64,000 nucleotides of DNA, from the NCBI GenBank assembly GCA_012295275.1, contig CM022665.1, positions 30,132,001 through 30,196,000 on the forward strand, read 5' to 3'. The notes beneath the pieces were generated by a model. The model made no database searches and was not told the origin of the DNA. It worked only from the letters and a program-made list of their open reading frames with translations. This document shows positions 40,001-52,259 of this stretch, in pieces. Numbering within the stretch: the first letter of the stretch is position 1; every line of letters begins with the position of its first letter. The position numbers and the translations under genes were made by a program. This DNA is from Chrysomallon squamiferum. Its lineage: Eukaryota; Animalia; Mollusca.

Positions 40001-43000
40001 AAAATGCGTTTTTCAGTGACTTAAATGTACTACACAGTTAAGCTGCTGAAGTCACGTGTCATCATTAACAGCTTAAAATGTATTTAGTATCTCTCTGGGC
40101 AACCACACTTGCCAATTAGCAGCAGTAGCAAAAACTGGATATTCTGTTACATCATTTTATTTTAATTAGATACGTCAACTATTATAGATGCATTTATTAC
40201 ACAGAAAAGAAAAAGAAATTTACTCCAATAATTACACATAGCTTTATATACATGTTTATGCATATATGTGTGTATAAGTACCTAACTCTTTAAAATAATT
40301 TCATGTTATTATATGTATATACTTACAGTGACAATAATATTAAATATAATAATACCAACTATAATAACAATAGCAATAATAATAATAATAGTAGTAGTAA
40401 ATAAATTAAGAACAACCTAATAATGATTCCTTCATTAATGTTTAATAATGCCTATTTTATTGTTTCAAAATAATAAATAAAATTTAAAAAAGATTAAATA
40501 AATGAATAAATTTTGATTTAAACCAACCCACCCCAAAAAAAAACAAAAAAAAAACAACAGAATAAAAGCAATCAAACAATCAAATGCCAAACCCCTTAAT
40601 GGATTTTTAAAAAAATATTCTTATTTTCTTTTCTGATAAAAATTTATAAATTAAAACAAGTTTTTCCCAGGTACTTTATATTTGAAGGATTGTTAACAGT
40701 GTTTACTATATAGATATTATTTATGTTTACGTGATATGCTGATATAATTAATGTGTTTGATAATCAGTCTGACACAGTCATGGTTCAAAACCCAGGAGAC
40801 TAACTTGTCCTCAAAACAGAATAATAATATATCAGTATAACTGTTTTAGCAAAACTGATTATGTTGATACCTGATACATCATTAAATATACCAACTACAG
40901 AATTTAGTGCTTGTTAGTATTATAAAGCCACTGAATTCTCATTTGAGTCCAGTTAGATACAAACATTTTAAGAATAATTTGAGGTTTTATTTATTTGTTT
41001 TATTTTATTTTTATCTTGTCTAATCTTATCTTATATTACTTATCTTATTTAATATAGCTTTTGCTTCATTCACACTTTTATGAACTCTTAAATTTAAATA
41101 TTGTTGCATCACTGAAAGTAATATTAAAATAAAAGGTTTAAAAAAAAAAGAAAAAAAGTACAATTATTGTAAAATCAACTTCCATAGGAACATTTATACT
41201 CAGTTAATTTTATGGAAGCTGATTTTACAATAATTGTACTTTTTTTAATTTTTTTAATTTTCAAGAATGACTTTCTTCTTTAACTGAAAAAAAGAAGAAA
41301 AAGCAAAGGTTATATACCATCAGTGATCAAGAATAGACATTTTAAATTAAGCAAGTTCTAAACAGAACAAATTGGATTTTGTAAAGTTCTCATGTGAACT
41401 GTTGATTTTTGCTACACTATTAATTAAAAGTTCTGCTTCTCCATCAGGCTTGTTACACCTTACAGATAATTTGTAAAACACTGAAATTATTCAGCTGTCT
41501 AACTTAACACAAATGACCAAGTGACCGAGTTCTACATTTCTCATATATATTTTCACTAATAGATATTTATTCATTAGCTAATCAGGCAGGAATATAAATA
41601 CACATTTTAATGAGTGATGAAAAGATGTACAAATCTAAATTAGAAAGGTCATCTTTCCTCAGGTAATCTTGTCTGGTTTGTTTTGTCTGATTTCATTTCA
41701 GATATAAACTTGTATTAGTTTTGTTGTTTATCTGGTACAAAAAAAATATTTATGATTTGTTAATAAACTATATACATGTACAGAATTTTAAAATATGTCT
41801 TTAAATTTTATTTTATTATTATTTTTTTTTTTATCATACTTCTAATTAAATACTTTAAAAGACACATACACACACACTACATATTCTTAAAATATATGTA
41901 CAACATAAAAACTCATTTGAACTGACTTCAAATATTTATTTCCTTATTATGATTAATACATTTCAAAGCTTGTTTTTCTTTACATGTGAAAGAAAGTTTT
42001 GATACAGTTATAAGCTGTTTGTCATAAAGAACTTGTTACTTACATTACAGTGAATATGAACAAGCAATAGTGTAATGTCAGGATAGTTTACTTATAATAA
42101 AATTTATAATTAGTTTTTGTTAAAACAAAAGACAAGTATTGTGACATGTGACATGTTTCTTACTACAAAAGTATTAAAAAAAGGGAAAGAGTTTCACTGT
42201 ATGTGGGTCATGATGATGAATATGTCTCTTGCTTTTCACAGTGTCTCTTGGCTCACAGCAAATTTGAAAAAAGAAAACATATTTGCTGAAGGACATTTCA
42301 TTAGTGATTCTCCGAAGCCTCAGATTCAGACCCTTCTTACTTTTAATGTCTAATTATCAGTGCTCATGGAAAAGTCAGGTGCCTTTCATGTAGGTCAGCA
42401 TAATTGCTTTGGCCAATTCGGACATGCAACTCCACTCAAAGCCTGTCCTCCAGCTTTGCTGTCTTCACGTCGTCGTAAGAGGAAGATGGAATCCACATTT
42501 TTATGCAGATCACAGTTTTCATAACTGATAATGAGCTTGTGATGTACGTTTTTGGCCCCGGCCTGCTTTTGATCTTTAAGTGTGTCATTATTTTGACTTC
42601 TGAAACAATACTATTTACCTCCCAGCACTTTGTTTAGTTTTTCAGTTCTTGTCATTGGTAAATGAATACATCATTATGTTTAATCTGTCCTTTGATTTAT
42701 TTTTATTATCTCTGTTTTTTTAAATATATTATTATTCTTTCATGTTTTGATTTTTTTTCTCTTTAAATTAATTTTATTTTTCACAGTTAAGTGTGAATGG
42801 ATGAAGGAAATGATGCTTAAAGAAAAGCTGTGATTACTTGTAATATTTAAGCAAGAATCTGTTCTAAAGATGAATAAACGTAAAGACTTCATTTCAATGT
42901 TATATATAATAAGAATTACTTCAGCCTTCTATCATTAGAAATAGTACAAATAATCAGGTGGTTATTTCAGAATTGTGTTACAGAATTACAGTATGCATTT

Positions 43001-46000
43001 TTCTTTTTCATTAGAAAACTTTATTTAGTTTTGATTATTATAAGGATTTTCTTTTTTCTTTTCCCATTCTTTTAAAAATGTTTTGCTTCCATATTGAAGG
43101 AATTTTTGCTTCTCTCACACCTTTATGAATTCTTTTTGTGGAGGAATTAAATTTAAAGTAAACGACAGTATGTAATTTTTCATTGAAATGTATAACATTA
43201 TATTTATAAATCATGTTAATCTGAAATGTTCTTAAGACTGGATACATATTTTTCATTCTTTCAGTTATCTGCATATCTTGCTTTGATATCTTTGTCAGTA
43301 AGACAATAATTAACAGAGCAACTGTGATGTTTTATTACACACATTTCTACAAAATTTTAAACAGCTGGATTGTTTTTGAAAAGCAACTTATTCTGTTTTT
43401 TCAGATTTAATTGTTTTTCAAATTTAAAGTCAAATGTCTGGATTACTTTGTATATTTAGCTTATTATTGCTTTATGTGAACCAATATATAGTTATTAAAC
43501 ACTAAAAATATCAGTGATTTGTTTTCCTGTGCTACCAGAAACTCCCCGACAGCTTGTAACCATGTAATACAGATACAAAGTGTTATGTCAAAAAAATATA
43601 TTAGATCCGTAGTTATTAAACATAGATTGACTGTTAATTATACAGTTGTTTTACTAATAATTGATTTGAATGCAGTTAGAAATATATATATATATATTTC
43701 TATGGTGTTATTATTAATATTATTGATAAAAAAAAAATTGTTTAAAATTATTTTATTTACCATTATTTTTTGGGCACAGTTTCCAAAACAACACTGAAAA
43801 TGTCAGCTGTACAATACAACAAAAAGAACAACAAAAATAAAAGAAAGAATAGAGGTATAACATGATTTTAATTAATAATAATTTTAAAATGATGCATATT
43901 TAAAAGTTTATTTCATAAATAAATATCTTTTATGATATTTGAATTGGATATTCATTCCAGATTTTCATAAATTAGTTTTGTCATTTACATAAGAAATGTG
44001 TACAGTTATAATTTGCAAGTAGGAAATTAATTAATGTTATGAATTCCAATCGGTGATATATGTAAAACTAAATCTTTTATACATCTGATCTTCTTATCAA
44101 AACACTCTGGACTGATGTAAGATACAGAAATCGACAAACTGACCCATGTGTGTGCTTGTATTATCAACAATTTATTAAGTTTGGGGATTTCAGAAGCTCA
44201 ACTGTGAGATGAGAAAAGCCATTTTCAGTGATCTTTTATAGATATACACGTGACAGGATAATATGAAGAATGCAGGGACATGTATGTATTGAGCCTGCAG
44301 CTGAAGTAAATATTGATATTTATTTTCTGTCACATTTCTTGGAGTATGTCTGTGACTCTGTCAATAGCCACTTAAATCCAGTTCTCAAGTTAAAATATTA
44401 CTGGATTACTGTATTAAATTCTCTAAACTCTTTTCAGTGATGTTTCTTCCACATGGTCAGTGTTTTGACATGTGAAAGGCATAAACTGTTTTGTTCAGCA
44501 AAAAGCGAATGTTGGAGAAAATACAAAAATAGTAATCTCTATTCATTATATAATCTTATATATTTCAACTTGAATTTCTAGTATTGAATAAGACTGAAAA
44601 TCGCCATTTTTAACTTTGTGTAATATTTGTGATCACTGAAATCAATAATCCATTTCTTTAAAATATTTTCACTAATTATGCATGATTACTCTTTTCATTT
44701 TCAAAATACCTTCATCTGGCTTTGAATAACTGTCCTTCTACATATAAAGACAAAAATATTTATTTAATAATCATCATACTGAGTAAATAATAAAATTTTG
44801 GTAATTTTTTACTGCAGAAATTAAAATTCTTATATTACTGATAAAATTAATAAAATATTTATGACAATTTTTCACAACAAATTTTAATTGCCTAAATTTC
44901 TTGCATAAGTGATAAAACTAATAAAACATTTGAGGAAATATTTCATTACACATTATATCTATACCTTTCTTGTATAATTAATAAAACTAATTTATGAAAA
45001 AAATTTCATAACAAATTATAACCATATGAATTTCTTGCATAAGTGATAATATATTTAAAAGTAACACAATTCTTCAATTTTGATTATAATCGGATCAATC
45101 CTCACATTCTGTTTTAATATTTATTTTATTTAAATGATGTGTGTGCAACCTGTATTTAGTTCAGATATTGCAGCAGCACATTTCAGTAATTTGTTTAAAT
45201 TATCATGTCATTTTAATGTTTAAAATGGTTGATCTGTTAAATCTTCTTGCTAGAAATTGGCTCATTTTAAAACATCATTTATACAGCTCATTGCTTTCAC
45301 CTGACATGCTGTGCACTTGCAGACACTGTGTGAAAATGTTTTTGCATTGGAAATTAATCTTAACACTTGAAAGCAGTGAGGATGGCCTTTCACTGTAATT
45401 TAAGAAAGATTTTTTAAATAATATGTTTTTTAACATTTATTTTTTCCAGATAGAAGTAATTTTTAAAAATACTTCTGAAATCTTTTTATACCTTCCTTTT
45501 TTTTCTTCTTCTTAAAAAAAAAAAAAAACAAAAGTTAAAAAGAACAAAAAACCTGAAAGTAATTAAGACTAAGTAAATTCTTTGAAAATATAATTTTATT
45601 TATTTATTTTATATTATCTGAGTTATCACAAATATTTTATTTATTTATTTTTCATTTATTTAAAAAAAAAGAACTTTAAAAAACCCCAAAACAACAATGA
45701 CAGAAAGCCCACCCCTCATCTCCATGTAAAAAACAACAAAAACAACCAAAAACATAATAATAGAGTAAGCAGCAGTAGAATTGTTATTTTACAGCTGCTC
45801 ACATTTATCACAAGTATTTTCCCTTAAAATAAATTATAAATAAATGAAAACGCTGCTTAACAATAACAAGAATGAGAAAACATTATAAAAACAAAAATTA
45901 TGCCACTTCCTATATATTTAAACACACAAATAATTATTGTGTTACAGTGATCTAAAAATATACTATTGTCCTAAAAACTGATTTTCATTTATATAATTTT

Positions 46001-49000
46001 GTATTAAGAAAATTGAGTTAGGAAGAAAAATATGTTGTGATTCTCTACGAATGATAAAATGTTTCTTTGACAAATTAGTAAGAGACTGTTGTATCTGTTT
46101 TATGTTTTCTGATAACACCATTTGACTTCATATTTCTTGAGAATTTTCTTGAGAGATTATGAGTACGGTACATTCATCACACATGTCAGACTAATAGAAA
46201 ATGTTCCCATGATAGTTTCTAGCAAAGTATCCAGTCTTAAACAGTGACAGTTTAAAATTACTTTTCTCAAATATTATATAAAAAGTTCTTCAAATGATAA
46301 TTAATTTTATGTTGCATTATTTTTGTACATGAACTTTAAAAAAATAAATTAAAAAAACAAACACATTTTCATCAAAGTACTAACATTTTAATATGACATA
46401 CATATGTATGTGTGCATGCATATGTATATATACATACATATATATATATTTTATTTATATATATATATATATTTTATTTATTTATTTATTTACTTCCACA
46501 GTTATGTACCATTATAATTTGTAGACTTTTTGACAAAAGTTGTATTGATTCAAATGTATGTGATTTTCATGATTAAAGTTGTTGTTAGGGATTTGTATAG
46601 TTGTAAAAGTTCTGGTACAGATGAAGCACATTTGAAAACAAAATTCTGAGACATTATTAATATGATCAAAAAATTAAATGGTTGTGAAGGAGGTTGAAAT
46701 TATTTGACTAAAGTCAGCTAAAATTGTATACTGTATGTATGTGAAAAGTGTGAAAAGAAATGAAAGAAAATTTTTATGAGTGACTTAGTAAACAAACCAG
46801 TGATCTGTTTTGAACTTGTTTTTTTTAACTATACTGAATATTAAAAAATATTAAAGTATCAGTCAGTATTATTATTAATGAGGGAAAAAGATTTAGCATT
46901 TTTACACTTTTCTTATTAGCTGTGGGTAAGCTGTTGAACTGGGATGCAGTTGCAGTATCAGTTAACCTTGAGACCTATAACTTAAACCAGTTTTCCTCTG
47001 AGGCTTTTATTACTGTCAGAGATTAGTTCTGTACATCACATATAATATATGATGTACAATGTTACTGATTCTGATTGCCAAAATAAAGAGAAAAAATATT
47101 TATTACTTTAAATATAAATCTTTAATTTTAAAATAAAACATTTTAACTGTAATTTAAAATACATATATATATATTTTTTGAAAATAGAAATAATGTAAAA
47201 TAATTGCTTCCTTACCTTGTGTGAAGTTAGTTCAGAAACTTAGTCTTTGTTGTAATGACTCTTAACATGAACAGTGGAGTTGAATAGTGGTAATGAAAAT
47301 CTCTGAAGGTGGTATCACCATGATGATGTCTCAGTGAGAATTAGCACTGTAAGTTATCACACTGCGACTCAGTAATTTCTTATTAACACTGAATACCAAG
47401 CTCTTGTCTAATCTGCATTGTAACCAATGGGACAAATGTCACTTGTGTCCATGCATCCTGATTTCTATCAAATTGCAAACCATCCTCTTGCCATTATGCA
47501 CAGCTCTTGCCAAAGCATCCTCTCTCCTGAGTGCAGACAGCAAACACCGCTGTGCTGCAGTTAAACACTTTGTCAGAGTTAATCACATGAAGCACACACA
47601 TTGACCTATTCTGTACCTGTGTTCACTGAATTAAAGTAATCTACATTATTGGGCTTTTTAATAAAATATGTGTGTTGTTATAAAGACTGTCTTTTTTTTA
47701 AATTCCTGGTCATCATTTTGATCAAATGATAAATGGTGTACTGATGAATGTAAATGTTGTTTTATTTAGTTGTAACTGATGTGTGGATGTTGATCATTAT
47801 TTGTATTGATGCAAAATAATGTTTTCTTAGTCATGAGATAGCAGTAAACTGAAATGTTAAAATGTATACATACATACATATGTGGATTGAAATGCTTTAG
47901 GTATAAATTAAACTCTTCAGTCAACTGAAGATTCAAGCGATGTACATTTGACCAAATCTGTTCATGTATTGGATGACTGGTGAGATAGTGTGAATATACA
48001 GAGGATATAAATCAGCATTTATCCATCTTTAAGTAATAACTTAGCATTACAGGTTAAGCTAGCCTTATTCAACATTCATTTTGCCAGAACCTTTTTTTCA
48101 TTTTGGTATGTTTAGAATTTAGAATTTAACAAGATACTCAAACAAAGTCATTCAGACATAAATGTGAAATGTATTTACATTTCATATACAGCTTATATAA
48201 CAATATAGCCTGCATGTTATATTACATAATTTGTTTGATATGTGCACATTAAACCAGTTAAGTCTGCTTGAATTAAGTTTTTATTTTGGAATTTCTTAAA
48301 AGGAATGCTTGATCACCATTTTAGAACATTGTTATACCTGGCAACCCAAAATAAATTTTTTTTTGCTGAAATTCCATTTACATTGTTTATTGTTATATAC
48401 CATGAAAGTATATGTATTCACTGTCATTTTAGTGTCATGAAGAGTTGACAATTATTAATATGAATATTGTTTTATCAATTATTCCTATAGATGCAAAAGC
48501 AATTTTATTTAGACAGGTTATATTTTAAGTGTTTGTATCTGTGTATGCATATTTATGTATTTATGAATGTGTATGTGTATATATATGTATATGTAATTTT
48601 AAGTTTAATACTTTAATTCAGCAAAATATGTTACCTTCAGAGACTAAATACTCAAAACATAAATTTTATTCAAATACTCCACTTGGCCTATAACAAATTA
48701 CTGTTGTAAAATCTTGTTAGTTATTATCAGTAAAATCAGAAATATAACAGACCACCATTACATCATTATTACAAATAATGAATAATTCTGTAAGATGCAA
48801 AACAACGTTTCATAATTAAGTTTGATTAATCACTGGAATCCTTATAAAATAAATTGATTCCAGTTAGAAACACAACAAAGGGAGTAGTGCATGTGATGCA
48901 GGCAATTAAAGATTTCATTCAAGTTTCATTGCTTGCATTTGTAAAGATGCAGAATATTGAAACAACAATATAAAACAACAGAAATATTGACCTAGAAGTT

Positions 49001-50265
49001 GTTATTCATGTTTTTCATATACTGTGAAACAAAATATAATAAACTGCTGTTTAAAATCTTAATGTCTTCTTAAATGAAATTCTAGTAAAACTGTTCATAT
49101 GATAAATTTGGTCATACATTTTTTTAAATGATATTTCAATCATACTTATAGTCCTATAGATCTGATGGTATTTTAAATTCTTGGTATTTGTTATTTTGAC
49201 ACTCCTTCCACTTTCTGAAATTTGTATCATCATGTGAAAAGTTTATTTTGTTAAACTGTCAGTATTTGAAACATAGCTCTTTAATATACTTTTCTTGTAG
49301 ATATCTATTCATAGTCCTAGTTCAGTTTTTTGTTAATTATTGTTGTTGATACCATTAATATAACCTTACATTTTAATCACATCTGGCATAAAGTCATTTT
49401 TTTTATATATATATATATCATTTTAAATGAAATTTTAATAAGACTTGACATAAAAGTACACTGGCTATTTTCATTTTCTTAAATATTATTTTAATCATAC
49501 TTGTCATATAACAACTAATTTGGTGATATATTTTCCTAAATCTTATGATATCTGTAATTGTTTGTATCATGGTGAAGAGATATTGATTTCCTTAATGCCA
49601 CTTGCAGACGAGGGTATATTTCACCAGTTAATAAGTTGTCCATAGCGAACCTGTTACAAGCAGCATCTCCAAACGAAACTGACTCGTTCACACTTACGAA
49701 AGATTACAGAAAATTTCAATCAGCGACTAATAATGTTTTCCACCTTCTTATAAGGACACTGTATCCCTAGAGTTGCTTTAGCATTGTCAGGATTTAAGAG
49801 ATAATTTGTGGTTAACTCCCTTGGCAACAGCTTCTAATTGTGAACATGAACAGATTTGCATGAAAACAACAACAGGGCATTACAAGTATCTGTTTCACAA
49901 TGCCGGTAACAGATTCATTCCAGTCTGCTTTCCACACTCCTCTGTGCATATTTTCACCTTTTTCCATAACGGGTGAAAATCGTTCACATGGAAAGTTCAA
50001 TTATTTAAATACTTAACAAGTTTTTTTCACAGAAGTGTAGGTAGTCCAAGACCAAACCTATACTTGTTTTATTTTATTTTTGACATTAAGAAAATCCTTG
50101 ATTTACCATGTTAGTTACCACATTTTTTACCCTTTGATGCACCCTCATGATTTAAAGTAAATAAGTAAATAAATAAGTAAAGGAATAAATATGAATTCCT
50201 TTTCAACATTTTTAAAATTTATTATTTTCAGTTGAAAGCTAAAATGATATGTGTGTGTATGTGTG

Positions 50266-50335
<70 letters not shown>

Positions 50336-52224
50336 AATACACACACAAACACAAACAGAAATAAACACAGACAAACTTTTTGATTTTATTGACATTAAAC
50401 ATTATTAAAGATATGATTGTGAAATTTCCAGTGAAATGCTGTTCTGTCAAAGAACTTGTTGAAAAATGCCTCAAGGTTAATGGAGAGCACTTTCAATATC
50501 ATTTGGAAACACCCACAATGCATTATAAACCTTTTCTAAATATTTTAAAAATAACTATGTATATATCTGTTATCAATCATACATTGCCCAGTTACTTAGG
50601 AACAACCATGTATTTCTGAGGTAAATAAAACATTATCTTTCTAATACAGGGATCCAAAATATCATCCTAATGACATCAAAAGTAATTTGATTGATTGATT
50701 TATTTATTTGTTTAAAATTCATTGACAATATTTTTTTGTCTTTCAGATTCACCTTTTCAAATAAGTCTGCATCACTTTGATGATGTCAGCAACACCTCTA
50801 CAAAATGTATTCTGCTTGATCACATACCACACAACAACAACGCTACAGTCAGCAAAGGATGTAAGGTTTGTACCTTACTTTATTTTTCATCTTTCCCACA
50901 GTTCCATCCTGTTGTAATCACAGTTAGCTTGCTGCCTCTATTTGACTGAACCATCTAATCATTTTGAAATAGACATAATTTTATTTGGGAAGTTGTTTTA
51001 TTATTATTAATCTTTTAATTTAATTTTTATTTTAAGTGTATGACTGTCATTGCCAGTCTCTTTAAAAAAATAAATAAGCTTTTATAAATGGTTTTACTAA
51101 CTGATGAAACACAACTAATTTACATTTTCACAAAACGAATGCTAGATATAAAATGTTTTTGTTATGTACATCTTCCAACCAGAAAAAAAAAAAAAAATAT
51201 ATATTATTATATATAAATATAAAAAATAATAATAAATTAAAATTAATAGATTAAAAAACTTAAATAGGACATTTTTAAAAAGTTGGATATATTATTATAA
51301 TGTTTGTTATGGCACAACAATTTCAAGACAAATTTCTTTTGTGAATAATATCGTATCTTAAAGTTTGTGCAAACAATATCTGAAAAGCAGATTGATAAAA
51401 ATTTATTACATTATTTATGGCTGATGCCTTCCTTGTAAATAAAACAGATTGAATTGTTCTAACCATGTCTGAAATGATGGAGGCTTACAGTAAAACAAGC
51501 AGTTTATTTGACAGATTAATGTCTCAGAAATCAACTCCCTATGGTGGCACTGACCGAATTTCTTAATAAATCTTGTAAATGTAGTACTCTTTCTACTCCC
51601 ACTTCTTCGTTGTTTGGCTGGTCTTGCAGATGTTGTGTTTAGTTAATTATCTAAAGTTTTACAATTCAATCAGAAATTACTCTGCACTTGACCATTACTT
51701 TGAGGTTTTTATGGGAAGTTTGGGTGGGGCAGTTTGACCTGTATTCTTTAATTTTCTTTTCTTTTTTTCTTTTTCTTTCATTAAATTCAGCAATTAGTTC
51801 AATGCATGCACGCTCTCTCTCTCTGTCTGTCTCACACACACACACACACACACACACACATGAGAAAAATGATTAGCAATATTATAAATTTACTGTAAAA
51901 GAAAATTTCTGAATTTTTAACCTGAAATCAGATGGGATTGAACTCCCGTATCATTTGTCAGTGTAAGTGAAAAGTGTAGCTGTTGCATCATTGATTGCAT
52001 TACAGAGTGAAAGTTCAGTGCAGTGATATCAAATTGCTTAACATTTTTTCTCTTATTCAGTTTTTAAAAAGTAAACTGATGAGAGTACACTTGTTAATAG
52101 AATGTCAAAGATGATGTTTTTCATGTTTTAATTTTGATCGTGTACAGGAAAATCACGGATATTGGATACATTTGACAAAATTACATTATTATTGAGCTGA
52201 AAAATGAAAAAGATTAACAAAATG

Positions 52225-52259
<35 letters not shown>

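Noticed and set aside
47217-47302. Minus-strand segment bounded by TTCAG and a strong AAG|GTAAGG donor
   Set aside because: Stops in all three frames. It could be a non-coding exon, but nothing supports that.
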